Assembly: GCA_041300025.1 (NCBI GenBank)
Contig: JBGLNL010000001.1
Span: 1,598,005 to 1,662,004 of the forward strand
Reading direction: 5' to 3'
DNA: 64,000 bases
Source of the DNA: Dehalococcoidia bacterium
Lineage (GTDB): Bacteria > Chloroflexota > Dehalococcoidia > SZUA-161 > SpSt-899
In this document: positions 26,968-35,818 of the stretch, piece by piece
Position numbering within the stretch: position 1 is the stretch's first letter
Layout of the letters: every line of letters begins with the position of its first letter
Program-made: the position numbers and the translations under genes
The notes under the pieces: model-generated
What the model was told of the DNA's origin: nothing
Database searches by the model: none
What the model saw: the letters and a program-made list of their open reading frames with translations, nothing else

Positions 26968-28104
26968 TCAAATAGAAATCATTTCAATAAAGGTTTCAAT
27001 CCGGGTGCGCTGAGGCCCGATCTCAACAGGATAATAATCCGATTCCACCTTTAGCATCCTGACTCCCATTTCAGCCTCAGTGATTTTCTGAAAATATGAT
27101 GACTGGACATCATATCCGTCCCGGTACATCAGCTGATACCAGAGAATACCATTTGCGGAGAACTCCCCGGCCATCTTTCTGAAAAAGTCGACCCTTTCTT
27201 TGGTGGGCCTCGACCAGGCGGGGGGCAGCCTTCTGGTGAAGTATCTATCGCTTAAGGCCTGCATCAAATCCCCGTTGGTATTCACGGGTTCCCAGTAGTG
27301 CCTCATCCCTTCGGCAAATTCCTCCATGACAATAGCAGCTCCTGATTCCTCGGTCAGGTCGAATATCTTATCATCTCCCATAGCCAGAGTCGATCCGATC
27401 AGCAATAGACGGGTCAGGGGCCGCGCACCTTCCTTTCCCTTTAGCTCATCGTAGATCGATTCCAGGCACTTTATGAGTGTGGGCATGTCAGCCAGATAAG
27501 AGGCATGATTTAACCAGGCGAAATCCCGGCCGCTTATCGGGGGAGCTTCCAATTTACGCAATTCGCCGATTGCCCCCAGCAGTGCCCTCATCCGGTTATA
27601 TTGCCCTATTGCTTCTTTGAGTTTAGAATCCTCAATTTTGTTGCCGGTGATTTCCTCCAGTTTCTCTTTCAAAAGGTACAAGCCTTCGAGGTAATACCGT
27701 GTTACGTCCTCTTCTTTATCGTGGGGGACTCCATACCTGAAGGTTTTAATATCAGTGTAGAAATCGAAAGAATCGGCCAGCGCTCGCACGTTGACGTCGG
27801 TTATCGGGGCCACCAGCAAATCGATGATCCGGTAGAGCGAATCCTCTTCCAGCATATAGTGTCCGATCTGCGATCGGCAAAAGGTATCGATCCAGCGGGG
27901 AAGGTAGCTGGCGCTTTCGGCCACTGCCTTGGAACTGCCTCCCCTGACCAAACCGACAGGCAATGCCCCGGCCGCATAGACCAGTTCTTCCGGCATGAAT
28001 CCTCCGGGCACATAGCCAATTATCCTTGTCCCTTTTTCCCGTGCCTGCTTCAATTCAAAAGGACGTCCGGCCAAGTGTTCCTTAAGTTCGTTCATCGCAT
28101 CCAT
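26968..28104 (-). CDS. 2-hydroxyacyl-CoA dehydratase family protein (HgdB/BcrC-like subunit)
   Basis: 378 aa; GTRIIGYVPGGFMPEELVYAAGALPVGL and the C-terminal GILWYQLMYRDGYD...PQRTRIETFIEM pattern of the HGD-D family. Confidence 0.7.
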   Translation of the reverse strand: MDAMNELKEHLAGRPFELKQAREKGTRIIGYVPGGFMPEELVYAAGALPVGLVRGGSSKAVAESASYLPRWIDTFCRSQIGHYMLEEDSLYRIIDLLVAPITDVNVRALADSFDFYTDIKTFRYGVPHDKEEDVTRYYLEGLYLLKEKLEEITGNKIEDSKLKEAIGQYNRMRALLGAIGELRKLEAPPISGRDFAWLNHASYLADMPTLIKCLESIYDELKGKEGARPLTRLLLIGSTLAMGDDKIFDLTEESGAAIVMEEFAEGMRHYWEPVNTNGDLMQALSDRYFTRRLPPAWSRPTKERVDFFRKMAGEFSANGILWYQLMYRDGYDVQSSYFQKITEAEMGVRMLKVESDYYPVEIGPQRTRIETFIEMISI

Positions 28105-28119
28105 TGTTGAATCCTCCCG

Positions 28120-29547
28120 CTAGGCCCGTTTAATATCCCTTGATATTCTCACCGTCTCGGCGAAGGTTTCCATCCGGCTCCTGAACTGTTCCGCCGGGTA
28201 ATCCCTGGGATCGTATCCGCCCCATTCCAGCACAATGGAAGGAATCCCTAATTCATCTGAAATGGCCTTCCTGATCATCAGCGGGGTTATGGAATACGGG
28301 CGGCATCCCAGTGGATAGAATTCGATGGCACCATCGAGATCGAAAGCCTTACAGGAATTGACATTGTATCTGATGTTGGAATAGGCGGTGCATGGCGGCG
28401 CATTCCGATAAACCGATTTAGCGATGATCTCCATCAAATCATTGTATGTATTGGCATCCGGTTCTTCTGGCGGAAGATAGTCCAGCAGCGCCAGCGGCAC
28501 AGCCAAACCCAGTTCCTCTATCATCTGGTAAACATCCGGCTGCCCCGGAAATCTGAAAGCCAGATACACGCGCGGAGAACCTTTGGGCACAACCCCCTTA
28601 CCCTCTTTTGCCAGACGCTTTAAATCTTTGGCCAGCGCCATAGCTGCCTGCTGATACTGCTTGCGGTGCTGCAGGGTGGTGAACTGAGCAAAGTAGACCA
28701 GATCCAGATTGGCCTGACTGATAGGCTGCGGGTCGGCAGCTACCATAATATCGGCCAGTGCCTTGTGAAAAAAGTATGTTTTGGCCATGTCCTTAAATCC
28801 GGCCATTACCGCTTCTTGGGGGAACGGTACGCCGCAGACCTCTTCGATCCTTTCTTTGATCTTATGCATCCGGCCGGCTACCAGTTCCACCTGACGCTTT
28901 GATGGCATTTCGCCATACTGCCAGTCGCAGCAACCGTCGAGATAGACTACCGGTATGCCGTAGAGGTCCTCCAGTAACTGGTCTGCCTCGGCAGCCTGAT
29001 CGCAAATATACTGCGAAGTAATTATCAAATCAGGCTTCGGGATGAGCCCGCTGGCTATTACGCCCACGTGCATCTGCCAGAGACCGCAATGGGCTCTGGC
29101 TGGAGGGAGTCCAAGGCTCTCGCCAGCTTCCAGAAAAGGCGCCAGCTTGCCGAAGATACCGCCGAGGACAATCATGAAGGTCTGAGAAACTGGAGTGGCG
29201 AAATGAACATCTTCGCAGGCAGTTACGCCACCCATATTGAGCACGCAGTTAGCCCCGGGCCATTCCGAGTAAATTATCTTTTTCTTTTCTTCACCGGCCA
29301 TCATGGTATCGACCAGTTCCTTAACCCATACGCCGAGGAGCAACCTTACCGGTTCCAGATCGACGGCATAGAATCGCCTGATCCGATCAACGCCCCGTTC
29401 GATATCCTCTTCTGTCAGGCCCAGTTTAGCGAAAGCTTGCTGCACCCGGTTTTTTTGTTCGGATATTTCATCGGGTGAATAGCCACAAAGGCTCAAGAAT
29501 TCATCATACATAATCACCATCTCCTTTGCCAGATAAGCTGAAATCAA
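28120..29547 (-). CDS. 2-hydroxyacyl-CoA dehydratase family protein (larger subunit)
   Basis: 475 aa. It is adjacent and co-oriented with 26968..28104, and its C-terminus (AIEFYPLGCRPYS...IPSIVLEWGGYDPRDY...FRSRMETFAE) has the same family pattern. Confidence 0.65.
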   Translation of the reverse strand: MISAYLAKEMVIMYDEFLSLCGYSPDEISEQKNRVQQAFAKLGLTEEDIERGVDRIRRFYAVDLEPVRLLLGVWVKELVDTMMAGEEKKKIIYSEWPGANCVLNMGGVTACEDVHFATPVSQTFMIVLGGIFGKLAPFLEAGESLGLPPARAHCGLWQMHVGVIASGLIPKPDLIITSQYICDQAAEADQLLEDLYGIPVVYLDGCCDWQYGEMPSKRQVELVAGRMHKIKERIEEVCGVPFPQEAVMAGFKDMAKTYFFHKALADIMVAADPQPISQANLDLVYFAQFTTLQHRKQYQQAAMALAKDLKRLAKEGKGVVPKGSPRVYLAFRFPGQPDVYQMIEELGLAVPLALLDYLPPEEPDANTYNDLMEIIAKSVYRNAPPCTAYSNIRYNVNSCKAFDLDGAIEFYPLGCRPYSITPLMIRKAISDELGIPSIVLEWGGYDPRDYPAEQFRSRMETFAETVRISRDIKRA

Positions 29548-29715
29548 CAGCGCGCCTGTGCCGGGTCTCTTGCTACATTAACATTCGTGCCATAATGCTT
29601 TCCCACATTCTCCAGAGATAGAAACAGTGCCCTAATTATATACTTTTCGCATGCCAGTAAGTCAATGACCAATTGCCAGCAAGATGATCCGACTATAATA
29701 CGTCAGCATCTCAAG

Positions 29716-29818
29716 AAACGAGTGAATAAGTGGTGAATCCGGGGGGAATTGTGATTATCCCCCCAGCCTCAACTATTCTCAGAGGCTGGGGGGATACGGT
29801 TGGCTAATCAGAGGTTCC
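29716..29818 (-). repeat. MITE-like element, copy D (full length, diverged core, one degenerate end)
   Basis: The reverse complement reads GGAACCTCTGATTAGCC...tatcccccc...ggggggat...ccccccggattcaccacttattca. One end is an intact TCAGAGGTTCC (29808-29818). Confidence 0.7.
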
Positions 29819-29843
29819 CTCTGTATATATTACAAACGCTTAA

Positions 29844-30185
29844 ATGACTTTCCCATACCTTATAATCGCGGCAGCAACCCAATTTCTATTCAAGACGGGC
29901 AATACCGCGTTTATCGTAACCAACAAAAGCAACGGCGCAACCCGCGCCACCGTTAGGCCAGAAGACGTTTTGATATCCCTTGAACCCGTTCACTCAAGTG
30001 CCCGAAACACTTTCGCTGGGAAAATTACTCGCATTAATGATAAAGGTTCAACTCTCTATATAACCGTGGACCTGCCGCCGGAGATTTCAGCACTCATCAC
30101 CCGGAACTCCTTCAGAGAGATGGGGTTAACAGCAGGTATGCAGGTCTACGTTACTTTCAAGGCATCGTCGATGCATGTTTTCTAG
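29844..30185 (+). pseudogene. TOBE-domain C-terminal fragment of a molybdate/tungstate ABC ATPase (ModC/WtpC-like)
   Basis: VRPEDVLISLEPVHSSARNTFAGKITRINDKGSTLYITVDLPPEISALITRNSFREMGLTAGMQVYVTFKASSMHV. There is no ATPase domain upstream, only MITE copy D. Confidence 0.6.
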
Positions 30186-30222
30186 CATGCAAGAAAAATT
30201 TCTTAAGGAGGCTATATTGTCA

Positions 30223-31269
30223 ATGTCTGGCAGAAACAAGGTCAAATTCCTCTCCCTTTTCCTGTCTATCCTACTGGCTATCAGTACGCTCGTAGCTTGC
30301 GCTCAACCTGCGGCAACACCATCTCCGGTACCAACTTCTCCCCCTGTGACTACACCCGCCACGCCACCCTCCACTCCTAACCCATCTGTTGAGTTCTCCG
30401 GTAAACTCCCCATTTTCAATGCCGGAAGCCTAACCGTGCCATGGGATGCTGTAAACAAAGAATACAACAAAATCTATCCGAAAGTAGAGATACTGAGTGA
30501 GGCGGGTGGTAGTGCGACAACTATCAGAAAGGTCACAGAGCTGCACAAGGAGTGCGGCGTAATTGGCTCGGCAGATTATAAAATTGTCCCACAGCTAATG
30601 TTCCCGGATTACGCGGACTGGTACATCATCTTTGCTTCAAACCAGATGGTACTCTGTTATACGGAGAAATCCAAATACGGTAATGAGATAAATGCCGATA
30701 ACTGGTACCAGATTCTACAGAGAGAAGGGGTGACTTACGGGCGAAGCGACCCTGACCAGGATCCCTGCGGCTACCGCACCCTGATGGTCTGGCAGTTAGC
30801 CGAAAAACACTATAATGTACCTGGTATCCACGACAAACTGTATGGTGCCAAGGGCGATACTATGAGAGCAAAATCCGTCGACCTCATTGCTCTTCTCCAG
30901 TCGGGCGACCTGGACTACGCTTTTGAGTACGATTCAGTAGCTAAACAGCAAAACCTCAAGTATGTCTCCCTGCCGGCAAAAATTAACCTCTCCAGCGCCG
31001 AGTTTGAGAGCTTCTATGCCCAGGCGAAAGTGAGCATAAAGGGAGCTAAACCTGGTGAAACCATTAACCTTGTAGGTGAGCCAATTCTCTACGCGGTAAC
31101 CATCCCCAAGAATTTCCCGAATCAACAGATGGCTATTAGCTGGGTTGATTTCCTGCTCAGTGATAAGGGTATAGCTGCCATGGAAGCTACGGGCCAGAGT
31201 GCAACCAAACCGGCGGTAGCTAGTGACAAGAGTAAACTGCCGGAGGCGCTGAAAAAATACGTGAAATAA
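30223..31269 (+). CDS. wtpA: tungstate/molybdate ABC transporter substrate-binding lipoprotein (WtpA family)
   Basis: Lipobox LVAC, a Pro/Thr-rich linker, and SDPDQDPCGYRTLMVWQLAE. The ATG at 30223, preceded by AAGGAGG, is preferred over the track start at 30175. Confidence 0.75.
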   Translation: MSGRNKVKFLSLFLSILLAISTLVACAQPAATPSPVPTSPPVTTPATPPSTPNPSVEFSGKLPIFNAGSLTVPWDAVNKEYNKIYPKVEILSEAGGSATTIRKVTELHKECGVIGSADYKIVPQLMFPDYADWYIIFASNQMVLCYTEKSKYGNEINADNWYQILQREGVTYGRSDPDQDPCGYRTLMVWQLAEKHYNVPGIHDKLYGAKGDTMRAKSVDLIALLQSGDLDYAFEYDSVAKQQNLKYVSLPAKINLSSAEFESFYAQAKVSIKGAKPGETINLVGEPILYAVTIPKNFPNQQMAISWVDFLLSDKGIAAMEATGQSATKPAVASDKSKLPEALKKYVK

Positions 31270-31347
31270 TCCGACTTAAGTCCCGGGGGCTCCATCGCGG
31301 GGCCTCCGGGAGCCAGTCATTCAAGCTAAATGGGTTGCTTTGCCTTT

Positions 31348-31557
31348 TTAGTCCACGCCAATCATTACATTGGAGGCTTTGATGATAGCGTATACCGCTT
31401 TGCCAGAAGCCAGCCCCAGCTTTTCTGCTGATTCCTTAGTAATAATTGAGACTATTTCGCCCCCTCCAGGTAACTCGACTACGACTTCAGTATTTACTAC
31501 TCCGGGTTTAACCGTTTTAACCTTGCCTTTTAATATGTTGCGAGCACTAATCTTCAT
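31348..31557 (-). CDS. mop: molybdopterin-binding (Mop/TOBE) protein, 69 aa
   Basis: MKISARNILKGKVKTVKPGVVNTEVVVELPGGGEIVSIITKESAEKLGLASGKAVYAIIKASNVMIGVD. The longer track ORF (to 31755) has a non-homologous N-terminal extension. Confidence 0.8.
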   Translation of the reverse strand: MKISARNILKGKVKTVKPGVVNTEVVVELPGGGEIVSIITKESAEKLGLASGKAVYAIIKASNVMIGVD

Positions 31558-31680
31558 CGGCTTTGTCCCCCCTTTCTGTTTATTAACATCAGGCCCTGAC
31601 TTTATAACTACATTATACTCTGTCATCAAGGTTGGAGGAAGCAGTTGATATAAGATTATGTGAATGTGAGATATGGTGGA

Positions 31681-32163
31681 ATGAATATTATCAGCTATAA
31701 GGCAATCGGGCTCATCCATACGCCTTTCACTGAGCCAAAGGGGACACCTATACAACCTACTGCCGGCCTAGGAATAGAAGGTTCAGTTGAGTTATTCCCT
31801 GAATACGTTGAAGGTCTCAAAGATATCAGTGGTTTTTCTCACGTTTTTCTGATTTATCATATGCATCTTGCAAAGCCGTCGCTCATTGTGAAGCCATTTT
31901 TAGATGATGCTGTTCATGGCATCTTTTCCACAAGATCGCCGGGTCGCCCGAATACAATTGGGTTTTCTGTCGTACGACTCATTAGTGTTGAAACAAATAT
32001 CCTGCGCATTCAAGACCTAGATATTATCGACAATACGCCGCTTCTAGATATCAAGCCTTTCGTGCCGGAATTTGATATAAGAACTGCTGAAAAGGTAGGA
32101 TGGTATAAAAATAAAGTTGAACGGTTCAAGATAGTCAGAGACGATGGTAGATTCATTGCCTAA
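31681..32163 (+). CDS. TsaA/TrmO (YaeB, UPF0066) family SAM-dependent methyltransferase
   Basis: IGLIHTPFTEPKGTPIQP, FSHVFLIYHMH, RSPGRPNTIGFSVVRL, DIIDNTPLLDIKPFVPEFD. Confidence 0.8.
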   Translation: MNIISYKAIGLIHTPFTEPKGTPIQPTAGLGIEGSVELFPEYVEGLKDISGFSHVFLIYHMHLAKPSLIVKPFLDDAVHGIFSTRSPGRPNTIGFSVVRLISVETNILRIQDLDIIDNTPLLDIKPFVPEFDIRTAEKVGWYKNKVERFKIVRDDGRFIA

Positions 32164-32203
32164 TCGTATTGAGAATGCTGTATAGAGCAATGGAAAATCG
32201 AAA

Positions 32204-32668
32204 ATGAAGAATTTTAATGAAGCTGATAAAAACAGGAAGCAGGCAAGGATTCAAACACAAGAAAACCCCGGCAACCTCTCCAAAGAATCACTCTTACATC
32301 TAGAAGGCGTGATAAAAGCATCGTTGAAAGATGGATATTTGTCCTGCCCCCTCGCTTGGGCAATAGCTAAAAAGTCCAATGTCTCCAAGATTGCCGTTGG
32401 GGATATTGCTGATAAATTGGGTGTTCGCATAACCAATTGTCAGCTTGGATGTTTTAAAATAGAGAAGACCCCGTATGACAAATCATCTCGTAATAATATC
32501 AATAGCGAAGTTATTACCGTGATTAAAACCTCAAAAGAAAGCAATCAGCTTACTTGCGCCAAAGTGTTTGATCTGGCCCGGCAATATAGGTTAAAGCCAA
32601 TGGTTATAGCAGATGAAATAAATTCTATGGGGTTGAAGATTCGCAGTTGCCAGTTGGGTTGCTTTTAG
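32204..32668 (+). CDS. hypothetical protein with a tandem internal duplication, each half ending in CQLGCF
   Basis: YLSCPLAWAIAKKSNVSKIAVGDIADKLGVRITNCQLGCF and QLTCAKVFDLARQYRLKPMVIADEINSMGLKIRSCQLGCF. Confidence 0.5.
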   Translation: MKNFNEADKNRKQARIQTQENPGNLSKESLLHLEGVIKASLKDGYLSCPLAWAIAKKSNVSKIAVGDIADKLGVRITNCQLGCFKIEKTPYDKSSRNNINSEVITVIKTSKESNQLTCAKVFDLARQYRLKPMVIADEINSMGLKIRSCQLGCF

Positions 32669-32841
32669 TCTTCCATCCTGACGTTATAGCGGAAGAGAAT
32701 AGATCGCTGAATGTGCTAGAATCATTCCTTGATTTCCTGACTTCTTCAGTGGTCATGATATGAGTGGATGAGATCTTTTGAGAATTGGGGGATTTTGGTT
32801 CACTCGCTACTTGCTATTTCCCCAGAGTAACTACAAAGGTA

Positions 32842-32871
32842 TTGACTAATCTTATCTCTTCCTGGTATACT
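32842..32871 (+). promoter_or_regulatory. candidate sigma70-type promoter for the 32909-35663 operon
   Basis: TTGACT (32842-32847), an 18-nt spacer, then TATACT (32866-32871). Confidence 0.35.
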
Positions 32872-32908
32872 TGATGTTACGTGAAAATTTAACGAAAAGG
32901 GATATATC

Positions 32909-33328
32909 ATGAATGCAATGAAATTATTATTATATTCGGCGATGACATTCATCATCATGCTTGGGGCTGGAATCGCACAGGAAACCTATGAGCCAATACC
33001 CAAGGCGGGAAAAAAATACTGGATTGGTAAAGAGTATTATTTCAAGTATAGCTTTGATAAAAAACCCCGACTGGGCACACTGATCGTGAAGATTCAACTT
33101 TTCAATAAAGATGGAAAAAGAGACACCACATTGACTATCAACGGCAATTCCGGTATGCCCTCGATGAAGGGCCACCATGATTCCGGCGACATCCTTTTCA
33201 AATTAAATAAAAAAGGGGATTATCTGCTGCCGGTCGATGTGGTGATGCCTGGTGACTGGGAAGTCAAAATAACTTTCATCAAAGAGAATAAGCCAATTTT
33301 CCGGGGAAGCGTGAAATTTGATATATAA
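32909..33328 (+). CDS. secreted YtkA/FixH-like domain protein
   Basis: Signal peptide, then NGNSGMPSMKGHHDSG...GDYLLPVDVVMPGDWEVKITF, typical of YtkA-like domains. Confidence 0.55.
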   Translation: MNAMKLLLYSAMTFIIMLGAGIAQETYEPIPKAGKKYWIGKEYYFKYSFDKKPRLGTLIVKIQLFNKDGKRDTTLTINGNSGMPSMKGHHDSGDILFKLNKKGDYLLPVDVVMPGDWEVKITFIKENKPIFRGSVKFDI

Positions 33329-34292
33329 AGCCCTGCTGACAGGAATGCTCTGTTACATGCTCATACCGGATTTATCCCATGGCGGTGATCATCTGCTTTA
33401 TTTCGAAGCACAGGGCATTAGCGGATATTCGCAGCGTGAGGACGAAGTCATCTTCTATTCCCGGAGTCAGGAGGATGTCATGCAGAAGCCCTCATTGGGA
33501 TTTGATTATCTGCAACGTCTTTCCCATCAATCCGGTGACTTCGGCGCTGTGGCCATTCAGGCGCGGGTGGCATATGACGATGATAATTTCGAATTTCAGC
33601 TCTATAATGCATATTTGAAACTCAAACACAAGAGCACGGACATCTGGCTGGGTCATAACCGCCCGGCGCTGGGGCTATCATCCTATTTTGACAGCCATGG
33701 ATTGGTGCTCAGTACGCTTGCGATGAATCATTTTGGCTTCGACCGGGACTGGGGTATCGGAGTGTTCAGGAATTTTCTGTGGGGAGATGCGGGTATTTCC
33801 CTGACGACCGGTTCCGGAATGCCGCTGCATTTCAAGGGGAATTATCTGTTTTCAATCAGAGTATCCAGGGGCATATTAAATCAGGAAAATTATAACTCAG
33901 GGTTTTCCCTGTCTTATGGCAAACTCCTGGACACGATGGGATATCATCTGATGGAAGATGAGACGGAACCATTTGCAATCACCGGAGTGGATTTCACCTA
34001 TCTGTGGAATCAATTTGAAAACCGTTTCGAGATCATGGCGGGTAAGAACAGAGCTCAGAATTCCTTTGCCTTCTTCTATAGATTCGGGATCAACCTGCTG
34101 AATGAAGGGCGTCTGAAATTTGAAGCTCAGCCGGTTTACCTCAAAATGGGAGCTGAACACACCTGCGAGATCTCGATGGGATCCGCTTTCATCGTCTCGG
34201 GGGATGTAACCGTCAGAACGATGTACCATTTTGATTATCCCGGGGATGACCATAAAATCATCTTTCAGTTGTATTACTATCGAAAAGTGTAG
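33318..34292 (+). CDS. hypothetical secreted protein, beta-rich (outer-membrane barrel-like)
   Basis: 324 aa with an N-terminal hydrophobic segment, alternating aromatic/polar strands and an aromatic-rich C-terminus (FQLYYYRKV). I recognise no family. Confidence 0.4.
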   Translation: MIYKALLTGMLCYMLIPDLSHGGDHLLYFEAQGISGYSQREDEVIFYSRSQEDVMQKPSLGFDYLQRLSHQSGDFGAVAIQARVAYDDDNFEFQLYNAYLKLKHKSTDIWLGHNRPALGLSSYFDSHGLVLSTLAMNHFGFDRDWGIGVFRNFLWGDAGISLTTGSGMPLHFKGNYLFSIRVSRGILNQENYNSGFSLSYGKLLDTMGYHLMEDETEPFAITGVDFTYLWNQFENRFEIMAGKNRAQNSFAFFYRFGINLLNEGRLKFEAQPVYLKMGAEHTCEISMGSAFIVSGDVTVRTMYHFDYPGDDHKIIFQLYYYRKV

Positions 34293-34300
34293 GAGCGGAC

Positions 34301-34951
34301 ATGAAGAGATGTATGCTGGTTATGGTTCTGATCACTGCTGTCATGGGTCTTCAGACTACCCTCCGGGCAGCCGTAGGCTGTGATTTGAACGACCCGGATA
34401 GAGATGTCGCCCGTCTTTTTCCCGGTTCTTCCGGTTATAAGACGCTGTATGTATCGATAGACAAAAAAGGCGAAGGGTCGCTTTTACGCGAAATCGAAAA
34501 ACGGTTGGGAGATAAATTTCAGGGTTTGTACGAAACAATCGATGTACCTTATACCATTTATGAAATCTATCAGGGGAAAGAGAAGATTGGGTACATTCAT
34601 GGCGTGAATCAGAAAGGTCAGTACGGTGGCATTCAGGTATTTCTATCGCTTGACCTTGAAGGGAATATCAGATCTTTCTATTTTCAAAAGCTCACGTCCA
34701 GAGCTGCCAAAGAACTGCGGAATCCCGAATTTGCCAAACAGTTCAAGGGGCTCAATCTTTTGGATTTCTATCCTTACGATGTGGTCTCCGGCAAAGGGAA
34801 AACCCCGAACAAAGTGGATGCCATTATAAATCCGGCACCCAAAGCGGATTTTGATTTCAGAGCCGCCCTCCGGGCGACCAAGAAAAATCTGATCTTAATG
34901 GACGAATTTGTCCTCGGAAACAGGTACATCAAATATTTCAAATCGGAGTGA
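34301..34951 (+). CDS. secreted FMN-binding (FMN_bind/NosR-RnfG-like) domain protein
   Basis: Signal peptide; GYIHGVNQKGQYGGIQVFLSLDLEGNIRSFYFQKLTS...FAKQFKGL. Confidence 0.5.
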   Translation: MKRCMLVMVLITAVMGLQTTLRAAVGCDLNDPDRDVARLFPGSSGYKTLYVSIDKKGEGSLLREIEKRLGDKFQGLYETIDVPYTIYEIYQGKEKIGYIHGVNQKGQYGGIQVFLSLDLEGNIRSFYFQKLTSRAAKELRNPEFAKQFKGLNLLDFYPYDVVSGKGKTPNKVDAIINPAPKADFDFRAALRATKKNLILMDEFVLGNRYIKYFKSE

Positions 34952-34961
34952 TGAGATTACC

Positions 34962-35663
34962 ATGCTGAATCTATATAAAGTGTCATATAAAAATCTATTG
35001 CGCAAAAAGACCCGGACCATCCTCACCATCATGGGGATCGCGTTGTCGGCCTGGGTTCTCGCCAGTCTTTTAGGATTTAACAAAGGATATGAAATCTCCC
35101 TGAATCGCGATATCGACAACATGGGGTTTCAACTGCTGGTAACGGCAAAAGGATGTCCTTATGAAGCTGCGACGTTGATGTTGAAAGGAGGAACCGGCCT
35201 CAGGTATATGGATGAATCGATTTCAGATTCAATCATGACGCATTCTGAAGTGGAAAAGGTAACACCGATGCTGATGCAAGCGGTGTTCGATCCGAATAAG
35301 GGGGAAAGCGGCGGAATCACGGCTTATCTGGGCGTGGATCCCTTTACCTTTCCAGGGATGAAGAGCTTCCTGGAGTTCAAACAGGGCGGATGGTTTACGA
35401 ATCCGGACGCCATGGAAACGGTCATGGGATTTGAAGCCGCGGAACTGGAACAGCGGGAGGTGGGCGATTTGCTGTTGATCGCCGAGAAAGAATTGGAAGT
35501 CAAAGTGGTGGGAGTTCTCAAGCGAACCGGAACACAGGACGACGGAACGATCTTCCTGCCCATCCGGACGGTACAGAAAATCTTTGGCAGGAATGGCGAA
35601 TTGACCGGGCTCGGAATCAAGGTTAAAAAAGAAGCCAATATCAAGTATTACCTCAATTACTAA
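34962..35663 (+). CDS. MacB/FtsX-type ABC permease, N-terminal TM plus periplasmic domain only (3'-truncated)
   Basis: MLNLYKVSYKNLLRKKTRTILTIMGIALSAWVLASLLGFNKG... The C-terminal FtsX 3-TM domain is absent and the ORF ends in AT-rich sequence. Confidence 0.65.
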   Translation: MLNLYKVSYKNLLRKKTRTILTIMGIALSAWVLASLLGFNKGYEISLNRDIDNMGFQLLVTAKGCPYEAATLMLKGGTGLRYMDESISDSIMTHSEVEKVTPMLMQAVFDPNKGESGGITAYLGVDPFTFPGMKSFLEFKQGGWFTNPDAMETVMGFEAAELEQREVGDLLLIAEKELEVKVVGVLKRTGTQDDGTIFLPIRTVQKIFGRNGELTGLGIKVKKEANIKYYLNY

Positions 35664-35799
35664 ATATTTAGGAATACTTTACTTTCTCTAAATAAATTTA
35701 TTAACAATAAGGATTATAATTTTTCCTGTTCAGACATTCTTGATACCATAGCTAATATGCGTAGATCGCCTTGAACTACTAAAGCATATGAACCGAGAC

Positions 35800-35818
35800 A
35801 GATCGGAAGAGCACACGT
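35800..35818 (+). other. Illumina TruSeq adapter sequence (19-nt exact match)
   Basis: AGATCGGAAGAGCACACGT equals the first 19 nt of the standard TruSeq read-through adapter AGATCGGAAGAGCACACGTCTGAACTCCAGTCA. It sits exactly where homology of the 35819-36055 gene fragment stops. Confidence 0.85.

Noticed and set aside
31348-31755. The 135-aa version of the Mop ORF
   Set aside because: Homology to Mop/TOBE starts at the internal MKISARNILKGKV (31557). The upstream 66 codons overlap the divergent tsaA-like gene start and have no family resemblance.
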